From assembly GCA_963768425.1 (NCBI GenBank), contig CAVYHV010000012.1, positions 1-64,000 of the forward strand: a stretch of DNA of 64,000 nucleotides, read 5' to 3'. The notes under the pieces are model-generated. The model saw only the letters and a program-made list of their open reading frames with translations. It was not told the DNA's origin and did not search any database. Positions 32,400 through 42,886 of this stretch are shown here, one piece after another. Positions within the stretch are counted from its first letter, which is position 1. Each line of letters opens with the position of its first letter. Source of the stretch: Candidatus Bathyarchaeota archaeon (GTDB lineage Archaea; Thermoproteota; Bathyarchaeia; Bathyarchaeales; Bathycorpusculaceae). The position numbers and the translations under genes were made by a program.

Positions 32400-34174
32400 A
32401 TGATGGATTACGCAGTAATCGCCGAGGCTTATGAGAAAATTGAAGCAACAACAAAACGGCTTGAAATGACAGATTTGTTGGTTGATCTTCTAAGAAAAAC
32501 GCCTAAAGAGATCATAGCGAAGGTTGTTTATTTAACACAGGGCAAACTGTACCCAGACTTCCAAGGAGTCGAAATGGGCGTCGCCGAAAAACTGGCCATC
32601 AGGCCTTAGGCCGCGCATCTGGCCAAAGCGAAAGTCTAATCGAATCTGAGCTTCAGAAAAGCGGCGACATCGGTCAAACTGCCGCAAAGCTCTTAGTTAA
32701 AAGGAAACAATCCACTTTTTTTAGCCAAAAGCTCACAGTGGAACGGGTTTACGAGACACTTGACAAGTTGGCTAAAACTTCAGGTGCCGGGGCTGTCGAC
32801 ACAAAAATGGCTATGCTCTGCGGGTTATTAACTGATGCAACGCCTACCGAGGCAAAATGGATTGTCCGGACTGTTACAGGTAACCTGCGGCTAGGTATCG
32901 CAGACATGACAGTTCTCGATGCTTTGGCAATCGCTTATGCAGGCGGTAAGGAAGCTCGGGAGCTGGTTGAGCGCGCATACAACATTTCTTCTGACCTTGG
33001 CAGGGTCGCAAATGTTGTAGTTGAGCAAGGTTTGGAGGGGATCAAGAAGTTCCAAGTTATGGTTTTCGAACCCATAAGACCCATGCTGGCTGAACGGTTG
33101 GCTTCACCCGAAGAAATCCTTGACAAGCTAGGCGGGAAATGTGCAGCCGAATATAAATACGACGGCGAACGGATACAAGCGCATAAGAAAGACGACAAAG
33201 TAATTTTGTTTTCCCGACGGTTAGAAAACATATCCAGCCAATACCCTGACGCAGTGGATTTAATCAAGGAAAAAATCGACGCGAAAGAAGCCATTTTAGA
33301 AGCGGAATGTGTCGCGATGGATTTGGAAACTGGAGATATGCGTCCATTTCAGGAGTTGATGCATCGGCGGCGCAAGTACGGGGTCGAAGAAGCTATTTCG
33401 CAGTACCCGATTTCGCTGTTTCCTTTTGATCTTCTCTATGTCGATGGCAAAGACTTGACTCAGAAGCCCTTCAAGGAGAGGCGGAAGGAGCTGCAAGCCG
33501 TCATCGAGGAAGCGGACCGGGTTAGACCTGCCATCCAAAAAGTCGTTAAGAGCGCAAAGGAACTTGAGGATTTCTTTGAAGAAGCCATAGAGAAGGGTTG
33601 CGAGGGGTTGATGTGCAAATCCATTGCCGAAAACTCGCCTTACCAAGCTGGAAGCCGAGGTTGGCTCTGGATAAAATATAAGCGCGACTATAAAAGCGAA
33701 ATGACCGACACAGTGGATCTCGTAGTTGTCGGCGCTTTCCACGGCAGAGGCAAACGAGTCGGGACCTACGGCGCTCTGCTTTTAGCAACCTACAATGACA
33801 AAAACGACACCTTTGAAACTGTAACCAAATGCGGCACAGGCTTCACTGACAAAGACCTCGTTACCCTTCGGGATACTCTTGCTATGCACATTATTCCACG
33901 CAAAAACAGCCGTGTCCAATCCATGTTGCAGGCGGATGTCTGGTTTGAACCCAACTTGGTTCTGGAGATTTTAGGTGCTGAAATCACCCTTAGCCCGATT
34001 CACATGTGCGCCATGGATTCAATTCGGAAGGGCAGCGCTTTAGCAATCCGTTTCCCACGTTTCACAGGAAAATACAGAACTGACAAATCCCCAGAAGACG
34101 CCACAACCTCCAAGGAAATCGTAGAAATGTATCGTGCGCAGCTCAAAAAGATCAGTGAGCCTCCTAATGCATAG
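32400..34174 (+). CDS. lig: ATP-dependent DNA ligase (frameshift near 32603)
   Basis: N-terminal DNA-binding domain, EYKYDGERIQ, EGLMCK, WIKYKRDY, RFPRF. Confidence 0.95.
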
Positions 34175-34261
34175 AAAAATGGCCATGGCAGACAAGCATT
34201 TTCGCGATGAGCTAGAAAGGCTAAGACTGATAAGCATCTAACGATAAAATAAAGGGAGTGC

Positions 34262-34924
34262 GTGGATGGCTTGGCGCAAGATTCCGAGAAAATGAAGTCA
34301 ATTATCGCTTTCAAGAAGCGACTTGAAGACCAGCTTGAAAAATTAACCGCTGAAACGAAAGAGATTCAGGCTTCTTTGGATGCTGTCAACGATATTTTGC
34401 TTCAAAAGGGCTTCAAACGCGGAGATCTGAAAGAGGTACCTGAAAGACCATCCCCGATGCCTGTTCTTGAAGAAGTTGTTTTGCCAAAAACCGAGCCTGA
34501 GGCACCAAAAGTAGTTATTCAACGGGGATATGAGTCTTCAAAAGCCCCTGTCTCTCCGCAACCTACTGAAAGGGAAAGCGTTATACCCCTTAAAACTATG
34601 GCCGAGGAGCCATTGGCGCTGATAATTTTTGACAAAGTGGGGATGCATGTGTTGCCTGACGAGAGCAAGAACTTTAGCGTGAACACGCCGCCCTTCAACA
34701 ATTTTCTGGTTGAAAAGGTGTTCGCCAAGATGCAGGAAAAAGACGCCGAGCTTGTTAAGACAAAGCAGTTGACAGTGGAGAAGGCGTTTTCTTTCCACAT
34801 AGCGCGAGAAGGCGACTTGATCCGGGAAATAATCATTCGAAATGTCGATGAAGAAAGGGTCAAAGAGCTTAAGTCGAGTATCCGTTGGACTTTTGAAAAA
34901 ATGTACGAAAAAATGAAAAGCTAA
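34262..34924 (+). CDS. Hypothetical protein (N-terminal coiled coil, Pro-rich linker, C-terminal globular domain)
   Basis: 220-aa ORF downstream of lig. Confidence 0.65.
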   Translation: MDGLAQDSEKMKSIIAFKKRLEDQLEKLTAETKEIQASLDAVNDILLQKGFKRGDLKEVPERPSPMPVLEEVVLPKTEPEAPKVVIQRGYESSKAPVSPQPTERESVIPLKTMAEEPLALIIFDKVGMHVLPDESKNFSVNTPPFNNFLVEKVFAKMQEKDAELVKTKQLTVEKAFSFHIAREGDLIREIIIRNVDEERVKELKSSIRWTFEKMYEKMKS

Positions 34925-34929
34925 CAGAG

Positions 34930-35256
34930 CTAAGCCATATGCTTTTGAAAGGTTTCAGTTATCCTGTTTTTCGGACATAAGCCCACTAGCCGTTCAGCCT
35001 CTTGCCCGTCTTTGAAGAGAATCATTGTTGGGATACTGAAAACTTTGAAGCGTTCAGCAGTAGCAGAGTTCTCGTCAACATCAAGTTTGCCGACAAAAAC
35101 TTTCCCACTGTATTCCTTTGCTAACTCCTGAATCGTCGGCGCCAAGGCTCGGCAAGGTCCACACCAATTTGCCCAGAAATCAATCAAAACAACCTTGTTT
35201 TTCTTTATGGTTTCTTCAAAATTTGCGTCTGTAACATGAAAAGGTTCAGTACTCAT
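34930..35256 (-). CDS. trxA: Thioredoxin
   Basis: WCGPC; SIPT. Confidence 0.95.
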   Translation of the reverse strand: MSTEPFHVTDANFEETIKKNKVVLIDFWANWCGPCRALAPTIQELAKEYSGKVFVGKLDVDENSATAERFKVFSIPTMILFKDGQEAERLVGLCPKNRITETFQKHMA

Positions 35257-35458
35257 CGTTTCCTACTCCTTACACAATAGTAGTTTTAGAATTATGTTTC
35301 ATATAAACCGTTCGCGAGGCGTTTCCACACGTTTCACACTGACACCATCCAGAATCTAAGCGTTCAGCAACTTTTTTGTGCCACTTGGTTTTTGTGTTTT
35401 GACTGCAACGCTTAAATGAGTTTCTTCACCTTGAATTCTTGTCAGAAGGCGGCGTGTT

Positions 35459-35962
35459 TTGGGCAGCGACTTCAAGGATATTGAGCGGTTTTCCAGCATG
35501 TTGGATACAGCTAAGAATTACGGTGAAGTCTGGCAGATAGTGAAGGAAACGGTGCAGTTTGCTTTGGGAACACGAAGAGACAGTATGATGCTCTTTTTGG
35601 ACGATTTGCCTTTGCAGCTGGGAGCGTATTACCCGGTTGGAACCAACAACATCGTTTTGAATCGGGCTTTGGTTGAAATTGTAGAGGCATCGTTGAGTTC
35701 TAAGCCGACGGTTAACGCGCTGGTTTACAACCTTTTGTTACACGAGTACCTACATGCTCTGGGCGACTACTCCGAGGCTGGTGTTAGACGTGGGGTAGTT
35801 GATGTTGCCTTGAAATGTTTTGGTCAGGAGCATATTGCAACGGTTGTTGCCCGCAAAAGCCCATGGGTTCTTCTAAAGGATATTCCGCTTGGCCCACCTG
35901 GACCTAAACGTGTCATGCAAATCGTAAAGGACTTTGAGAAAACAAGCAAATACATCGTGTGA
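35459..35962 (+). CDS. HExxH zincin-like hypothetical protein
   Basis: LLHEYLHALG...E. Confidence 0.65.
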   Translation: MGSDFKDIERFSSMLDTAKNYGEVWQIVKETVQFALGTRRDSMMLFLDDLPLQLGAYYPVGTNNIVLNRALVEIVEASLSSKPTVNALVYNLLLHEYLHALGDYSEAGVRRGVVDVALKCFGQEHIATVVARKSPWVLLKDIPLGPPGPKRVMQIVKDFEKTSKYIV

Positions 35963-36300
35963 CGATTAGCAACCTTCACTTCTTTGACCTTTGGTGGCTT
36001 CTTTTGGTTTTCCAGTTCATGAGGTCAGGGCGATCAAGGCGAAAAAGGGAAATATCCTGATTTATTGTGATTTTTAGATTCTTAGGCGTAACTTGCAGCT
36101 AATTTGGCCCCAAAAATGCTCCAAGTCCTCATTTTACCGCATCCTTTGTCGAAGATCATAGGCACGTTTTTTCTTCATAACTAAACTTTCAAAGGCAAAA
36201 GTCACCGTGTAGCCGTTTTTTTTACTCTATCTCTTTGAGGCTGTTATAGAGTTCAGGACCAAACCTAAAACTTGAAGCATCTTTGGCATGCGCTCGCCGA

Positions 36301-36354
36301 CTGTACCGACAAACTGTACCGTCAAAGTGTACCGACATTGACCCGACCGGTCGG
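36301..36354. repeat. Three 13-bp direct repeats (C/G)TGTACCG(A/T)CA(AA/TT) followed by a perfect 12-bp palindrome CCGACCGGTCGG
   Basis: Units start at 36301, 36314 and 36327; palindrome at 36343-36354. Confidence 0.85.
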
Positions 36355-36630
36355 CGTTGTACACACACAAGAGAGAGCCCTCATCCATGGTTGTTTGCGT
36401 TTCTTGTTTTCCATAGGCTCAAAGGCATTTTTTACTGCGCCGCTTTGGGATTGTTTAGGGTCTTTGGAGTCACAATGGGTCTTGCAAAGTAGGTATGGAT
36501 CGTAACCAGCAAACTCAGCAAACATCAAACAAAAAAACAATTAAAAACGTCAAACAAAAAAATGTCCTCTCGAAAAAATGGAAAAAACTAACCTGTCATT
36601 AAATCGACAGCGTCCATATTAGAACTATAA

Positions 36631-37160
36631 GTGAACTACTCGCCTCTTCCGAGGCGAGCATCCACACCTAATTTTTGTTGATATATTCTTCTATTTTCGC
36701 ACTGGTAACAACGCCTGCAGTTCTTACAGCATAGCCCTCAGACCACAAATGCCCACCCCAAAGCTGCAACCTAAGGTCAGGAAACTCCTCAAACAGCAGT
36801 TTAGCAGAATTACACTTCAAGACACGCACCATCTCAGGTATACATAGCTTTGGCCGAGCTGAAACAAACACGTGAATATGGTCGCCATGATGAACTTTAG
36901 CAGCCAGCAGTTGGAAGCCGTGCGTAGCAGCAATCGTTTTAAGTACTTCCTCCAATCTAACCTCAACTGAGCCCAACAGTACCTTGCGGCGGTATTTGGT
37001 GGCCCAGATAAGGTGGTAGTTGGCTTGGAAAGCACATGATCTTGCTTTCTCCAGGTCATTCACCTCCTTATCTAATGGTGACAGACCTATCGACATGGAG
37101 AGCTAATAGAACTACGTGTTGGACGCATTCATCCTGCCGCTAACGCGGCAGGTATTCTCC
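36631..37160. mobile_element. IS200/IS605-family element carrying tnpA only
   Basis: Subterminal hairpins CTCGCCTC-TTCC-GAGGCGAG (36639-58) and CCTGCCGC-TAAC-GCGGCAGG (37133-52) flank tnpA. Confidence 0.85.
36668..37096 (-). CDS. tnpA: Y1 HUH transposase TnpA
   Basis: YHLIWATKYRRKVL, DHIH (HUH), LWSEGY, EEYI. Confidence 0.95.
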   Translation of the reverse strand: MSIGLSPLDKEVNDLEKARSCAFQANYHLIWATKYRRKVLLGSVEVRLEEVLKTIAATHGFQLLAAKVHHGDHIHVFVSARPKLCIPEMVRVLKCNSAKLLFEEFPDLRLQLWGGHLWSEGYAVRTAGVVTSAKIEEYINKN

Positions 37161-37193
37161 TAGGTTTTTTATAAAAGAGAAAGAAGGGGTTGT

Positions 37194-39410
37194 TTATTCG
37201 GATTCGAAGTATTCTTCTGGTTTTGGCGGTACTGGTGGCAGTCCTCTTCGTTCACGGATTTTCTTGATGGTTTCGGCTTGCATCTGCTCTGGTACTGGTG
37301 CCCATCGGCTGAACTGTGTTGCCCAGAATGCTCTGCCTGAAGTTGAACCTCGCAGTTCATCGGCGATTCCGAAGCTTTCGGAAACTGGCATTTCTGCTTT
37401 TACAGTTATCATGTCTTCTTCAGATGGCATGTCAAGGATTTTTCCACGTCTCTTGTTTAACAGTGTGATCACAGAGCTTACGAATTCGCTTGGAACTTTG
37501 CATTCGAAACTCATAAGGGGCTCAAGAAGTTTGGGGTCGCTGAGCAGTATGGTGCAGTAGATTGGTCGCCAAGTCATTGGAATGGCTTGTGCTGGGCCTC
37601 TGTGGACTGGGTCTTCGTGCAGGACAATGTCTTCTAGGTTAATTTTGAGGCCGTATGCGGGTTCTTTGGCTAAGGGCGATGTGTGGACTGCTTCGCGGAA
37701 ACCTGATTTGATGTGGTCTAAGACTTCTTCCACGTATTGTCTTCCTCTGATGCGGTTGCAGAGAATGCAGTTTTCTTCAACGGCAACTGCGCCTTTTGCG
37801 TCGTCTGCTTCCCAACCCATTGTGCGCAGGATTTTAGTTCTTTCATCTTTGCTCTGCATATCGTTAATTTTGTCTGATTTGATTGCTTCAATCACTTCGT
37901 CTGAAAGTTTCTCGATGGTTATCCAGAGTTTGTTGTGTTTGTTTGGGCTTTTACCCATGATTGCTGGACCTCGGTAATCGTGGCTTATTGTTTCTCGGTA
38001 GATGACGATGGGTTTGCTGAGTTTAACTTTTAACCCTGCTTCCTGCATTCGATAAGCGGTGATTTCAAGGTGAAGTTCACCCATTCCTGAAAGCAGGAAT
38101 TCGCCGCTTTCCTTGTTCATGATGAAGTGAAGGTTAGGGTCCTCAGTTGTTAATTTATGCATGACTTTGTCGAACAACGGCAGATCTTTGACGTCTTCCG
38201 GCTCAACGGCAACAGTTACAACTGGGTCTGAAACGTATCTTAAGCCCTCAAACGAGTGAACTTCAGCTCCTTCTTCAGCGATGGTTTCACCGACATGAAT
38301 CGACGGCAACCCGGCGATGGCTCCAATGTTGCCTGCTGGAACGCGGTCAATGATAACTCGATCAGTTGCCATGCTCATGAAGACCTGTTGAATTGTACCT
38401 TTCTGGTTGCTGCTTACAAGCTGAACAGTTTTGCCTCGTTCAATTGAGCCGCTGAAGATTCTGCCGATTGCGACGGTTCCGCTGTGAGGGTCAACTTCAA
38501 TGGTTGATATGCACATGAGCAATGGTGCTTTCGGATCAACTTTTGCCATGCCTACGCCTGTTGGGCTTTCTACGTCTCCTGGCCAAATTTGCGGTTGCCT
38601 GTAAGGCTGCGCTTGGTATGGGTTAGGTAGGTGTTTGCAGAACATGTCCAGGATTGGTTCTGGTAAGGGTGCTCTTTTGCTGAGTTCGTCAACTTTTCTT
38701 CCTACGTCTATTGGGTCGCCTGTGTATGCGTCGATGATGTCTTGGAAGGTGACTTTCTTTAGTTTCATGTGGTCAATGTTTAAGCCCCATTTGTGAAGGG
38801 CGGAACCGAAAGCTACGCGTCCATCTTCAACGGTGACTTGCCAGTCTTTCTTATGCTCGGCAGGCGCATACTTCTCGATGAGGTTGTTGACTCTTAGGAG
38901 AATCTTTGCAAACTTGCGTTGAATCTCCGCGGGAGTCAACTTGATTTCTTTGATTAATCGGTCAACTTTGTTTATGAATAGGATTGGTTTAACGCGTTCT
39001 CGCAGGGCTTGCATAAGAACGGTTTCTGTCTGGGTCATGGGTCCTTCAACTGCGTCGACAACTACGAGTGCACCGTCGACGGCTCTTAGGCTTCTTGTTA
39101 CTGCGCCTGAAAAGTCAATGTGTCCAGGTGTGTCGATTAGGTTGATGAGGTAATCTTGATTTTGGTAAGTGTGGACTAGGCTGACGTTTGAGGCGAAAAC
39201 GGTCATTTGACGTTTCTGCTCAAGATCCCATGAGTCAAGAAACAGCTTCTGGCCAGCTGTTTGAGTGCTGATAATGCCTGCTGCGGCGAGAAGGCTGTCG
39301 GAAAGAGTTGTTTTTCCGTGGTCTACGTGGGCGATGATGCTGGTGTTGCGTATGATGGTTGGGTTTTCCATTAGTTTAACTATTTCATCTGTTTGCCTGT
39401 AACGCGCCAT
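37194..39410 (-). CDS. Translation elongation factor EF-2 (likely the divergent paralogue aEF-2p)
   Basis: AHVDHGKTT, DTPGH, NKVD, GMGELHLE and HRGPAQ diphthamide loop. Switch I reads RQMT rather than RGIT; not in a str operon context. Confidence 0.9.
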   Translation of the reverse strand: MARYRQTDEIVKLMENPTIIRNTSIIAHVDHGKTTLSDSLLAAAGIISTQTAGQKLFLDSWDLEQKRQMTVFASNVSLVHTYQNQDYLINLIDTPGHIDFSGAVTRSLRAVDGALVVVDAVEGPMTQTETVLMQALRERVKPILFINKVDRLIKEIKLTPAEIQRKFAKILLRVNNLIEKYAPAEHKKDWQVTVEDGRVAFGSALHKWGLNIDHMKLKKVTFQDIIDAYTGDPIDVGRKVDELSKRAPLPEPILDMFCKHLPNPYQAQPYRQPQIWPGDVESPTGVGMAKVDPKAPLLMCISTIEVDPHSGTVAIGRIFSGSIERGKTVQLVSSNQKGTIQQVFMSMATDRVIIDRVPAGNIGAIAGLPSIHVGETIAEEGAEVHSFEGLRYVSDPVVTVAVEPEDVKDLPLFDKVMHKLTTEDPNLHFIMNKESGEFLLSGMGELHLEITAYRMQEAGLKVKLSKPIVIYRETISHDYRGPAIMGKSPNKHNKLWITIEKLSDEVIEAIKSDKINDMQSKDERTKILRTMGWEADDAKGAVAVEENCILCNRIRGRQYVEEVLDHIKSGFREAVHTSPLAKEPAYGLKINLEDIVLHEDPVHRGPAQAIPMTWRPIYCTILLSDPKLLEPLMSFECKVPSEFVSSVITLLNKRRGKILDMPSEEDMITVKAEMPVSESFGIADELRGSTSGRAFWATQFSRWAPVPEQMQAETIKKIRERRGLPPVPPKPEEYFESE

Positions 39411-39611
39411 AATTATTCAATCTCCATTTTGAATGAATTTAATAGTTGGAAACATCTTTTTTTGGATATTTGCAGCATTTTTATAAACTCTCGAAATTGA
39501 TAAGCTGACATGGAAAGTGAATTTGTAGCCTATTAACTTTATGGCAATCTTTTTTGAAACACTTGGGCGCTGTTGAAAAGTTTTTATTGACTACGCCGCA
39601 ATGTAGAGTCA

Positions 39612-40500
39612 ATGTCACAAAAACAGTTTTTCATAGACCGCTACGCAAAACTCGGTTGGACATACAAAGAAACCAAGCTTAAACAATCGATACGCATAAA
39701 CCAAATTGACGCAAAAGGAAAAAAACTTCCAGAGAGACTTCGCGGCTTAGGGGTTGAACTTGAGAAAATACCTTTTCTAGTCTGCGGGTTACTGGGTTAA
39801 CAAATCAAAAGTTTCAGTCGGCGCAACAGCGGAATACCTGCTTGGTATGTACTCAATTCAGGAAGCGGCTGCACAAATCCCAGCCTCGCTCTTCACTGCT
39901 TTGGGAGGAAAAATGGTGCTTGACGCCTGTGCAGCTCCGGGAGGCAAAACCCTTCAGCTTTCTGACCTTATGGGAAATAGCGGGGTCATAACGGCATTGG
40001 ACATTAACAAACAGCGGTTGAATGCTCTGGCTAACCACTTGGAGCGTTGCCACATCAGTAACTCAATCGTTTATAATATTGATGCACGTCAGGCTGGGAT
40101 GCTGAACCGGAAGTTCGAACGCATCTTGTTAGACGTTCCATGCTCAGGCAATTTTGCAGGGGATGACCAATGGTTCTACCGCAGAACATTGGATGATGTT
40201 GAACGAAATGCAGAAGTGCAGAAGGCAATATTGAAGGAAACAGCATCCTGCTTATCCGACAGCGGCGAAATCGTGTATTCCACCTGCTCGCTGGAGCCTG
40301 AGGAAAACGAGTTAAACATGGATTGGGCAATAAAGAATTTGGGGCTTCAAATCCAAAAGATCGACTGCATAGGATCAAACGGGCTGACTGAGGTTTCGGG
40401 CAGGAAACTCGATGCAACAGTGGCTTTATGCAGGAGACTTTGGCCAGGTGAAACGCAGGGTTTCTTTGTTTGCAAACTCAAAAGGGAGCCTAAACAATGA
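39612..40500 (+). CDS. NOL1/NOP2/Sun RNA m5C methyltransferase (frameshift near 39780)
   Basis: DACAAPGGKT, DVPCSG, YSTCSLEPEENE, GFFVCKL. Confidence 0.9.
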
Positions 40501-40952
40501 GGCCGCTTGAGACTTTCGCCGTGCGGTTGGGCGCAAAAATCGTCTTTAACCCAGAGTTCACGGTAGAGAAAAACCAACGCTTTTACCTACTCAATCCCCG
40601 ACTCAAAAAATTGCAGAGCAACTTTTACTATGCTGGGTTGTACCTTGGCAAAGTTAAGAACGGGGTTTTCTTCCCAAGCTTTAACCTGCTCAACATGCTT
40701 TTACCCGTGGCAGCGAATAAGGTTGTTATTGACCCCAAGGCTGCTTGGCTTTTCATCTGCGGCAGGGACGTTTTCGGGTCGGGCATTGTTAAGGTGATGG
40801 GTTCCAAACGTAAGGGCGATTCCTCTTTGGTGCTCAATGAACATGGCGAGTGTTTAGGGTTTGGGTGGATAACAAGTGATTTAGGATCCGCCGAGAGAGT
40901 TGCGGTCAAGAATGTGTTGGACGTTGGAGATTTTTTGAGGCGGGAAACGTAG
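40497..40952 (+). CDS. Nip7-like PUA-domain protein
   Basis: AGLYLG, FICGRDVF, D.G.FLRRE; coupled to the NOP2 homologue. Confidence 0.8.
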   Translation: MRPLETFAVRLGAKIVFNPEFTVEKNQRFYLLNPRLKKLQSNFYYAGLYLGKVKNGVFFPSFNLLNMLLPVAANKVVIDPKAAWLFICGRDVFGSGIVKVMGSKRKGDSSLVLNEHGECLGFGWITSDLGSAERVAVKNVLDVGDFLRRET

Positions 40953-41009
40953 CCAAAAGAAAGAATAGCGAGAATAAGCGTTTTTCCCGTTATGCACTCT
41001 TATGCCCCC

Positions 41010-41026
41010 TTCATAAGACTTATGAA
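41010..41026. promoter_or_regulatory. Perfect palindrome TTCATAAG-A-CTTATGAA upstream of glnA1
   Basis: Lies ~65 bp upstream of the TATA TTATATAT (~41091). Confidence 0.4.
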
Positions 41027-41138
41027 CTACCATGAGACTCCTCGACTACTTTTCCATGGTGAACGTTTATTCAAAGTTTCAAGAGATAAGCTTATATATG
41101 TTTATGTTTCAAAGGGAATCTAAAACATATGATTTAGT

Positions 41139-42608
41139 ATGGTGAAAGTCATGAGTGAAGTAAAGAAAGCAATTGAAACTCTCAAATCAAACAACGTCCG
41201 ATGGGTGCACTCAGCATTTGTCGACGTAAGAGGAATACTCCAAGATATGGTTTTACCAGCCAGAGAATACATAAGCGGCTCAGCATTCACCGACGGCATC
41301 GGCTTCGACGGATCTTCTGTCCGCGGCTTCAAATCAATAGAAGAATCTGACATGATTTTCATGCCGGACGCCAAGACCTTATCGATAATGCCATGGGTTA
41401 CTGATGAAGCGCAAAAAAGCGCAATCGTGCTCGGCGACGCATTGGAAGCTTCAGGAGCAAAAGAGCCCTCCGTTACCTGCCCACGCGGCTACGTTGCAAA
41501 AAGGGCAATAAAAGCAGCTAAGGATATGGGGTACACTGGAATTTTCGCTCCCGAACTTGAACACTTCGTCTTCTCTTCAATCGACCCCACCAAACTAACC
41601 TGGGACCTTTGGGCTGCTCCAAAAAGCGGCGAAGGAGACGCATGGGGTGCACCACGCGTTGTGCCAAACTCTCCAGAAGTAACTCCCGGCGGCTTCATCC
41701 TTAGACCCAAAGAAGCCTACTACCGAACACCACCAGAAGACACAACTGTAGAGTACCGAAACGAGGTTTCGCAGATACTTGAAGACAACTTTGGCTTAAC
41801 AATCGAGAAACATCATCATGAAGTAGCAACTGTTGGCCAAGTAGAAATCGACTACAAATATGGCGAACTACTCGAAACAGCTGACCGCGCACTCTTCTTT
41901 AAATTCGTCGCCAAGAACATCGCTAAGAAACGCGGCTTAATCGCCACCTTCATGCCCAAACCAATCTACCTTGACAACGCTAGCGGCATGCATGTCCACT
42001 CAAGCCTATGGAAAGACGGCAAAAACGCAATGTACGACGCCAAAGATGATTATGCAGAACTCAGCCAAACTGGTAGATACTACGTCGGTGGTATACTTGA
42101 ACACGCCAAAGCCCTAACCGCGGTGTGCTGTCCAACAGTTAGCAGCTACAAGCGCCTTGTTCCAGGGTTCGAAGCTCCAATCTACGTTATGTGGTCAAAA
42201 GCTAACCGCTCGGCACTTGCTCGCATACCCATGTACTACAAAGGCCCCTCGCACTCAGCACAGAAACGCGTTGAATACCGAGGCGTGGACCCGTCATGCA
42301 ACCCGTACTTGGCTTTTGCTTGCATAATGATGGCAGGCTTAGATGGAGTAAAGAAGAAGATTGACCCAGGCGACCCAGTTGACGAAGATGTTTACAAACT
42401 GAGTAAAGCAAAACGCAAAGAACTTGGCATAAAAGAGCTGCCAACAACACTTAAAGGCGCACTAGACGAAATGGAAAGCGATACCGTCATCAAAGAAGCC
42501 CTTGGTGAACACGTTTTCGAAGCATTCATTGAACTCAAGACAAACGATTGGAACCAGTACTGCTTGTATGTTTCCCCATGGGAAATAATGAAGTACTTGG
42601 ACTACTAA
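41139..42608 (+). CDS. glnA: Glutamine synthetase type I, copy 1 (with internal insertion)
   Basis: FDGSSV.GF..IEESDM, HHHEVA, TFMPKP...NASGMHVH, SYKRLVPGFEAP, NRSA..RIP. Confidence 0.9.
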   Translation: MVKVMSEVKKAIETLKSNNVRWVHSAFVDVRGILQDMVLPAREYISGSAFTDGIGFDGSSVRGFKSIEESDMIFMPDAKTLSIMPWVTDEAQKSAIVLGDALEASGAKEPSVTCPRGYVAKRAIKAAKDMGYTGIFAPELEHFVFSSIDPTKLTWDLWAAPKSGEGDAWGAPRVVPNSPEVTPGGFILRPKEAYYRTPPEDTTVEYRNEVSQILEDNFGLTIEKHHHEVATVGQVEIDYKYGELLETADRALFFKFVAKNIAKKRGLIATFMPKPIYLDNASGMHVHSSLWKDGKNAMYDAKDDYAELSQTGRYYVGGILEHAKALTAVCCPTVSSYKRLVPGFEAPIYVMWSKANRSALARIPMYYKGPSHSAQKRVEYRGVDPSCNPYLAFACIMMAGLDGVKKKIDPGDPVDEDVYKLSKAKRKELGIKELPTTLKGALDEMESDTVIKEALGEHVFEAFIELKTNDWNQYCLYVSPWEIMKYLDY

Positions 42609-42886
42609 GTTGGCAAACATCGCAACCTGGTAAAACAAAGCAAGAAATTGGGCAAGAAGCTCAATCTTGTCTTATTTTTTTATCTTGCCTTCAAATTTAA
42701 CGTTTTTTTCATTAAATTTCAACCTTTGCTGCCATGTTTGTTAATTCACATGTCTAAAGAACAAACGATTTATGAACAATTGTTTAGTTCCCTTATAAAC
42801 AAGTTAGATGTGTTAAAGATATTTATGCTTAGACGATTATTAGTAAAACGGGTAAATAACACTTAACGCTAAGGTGAAAATAGAAA

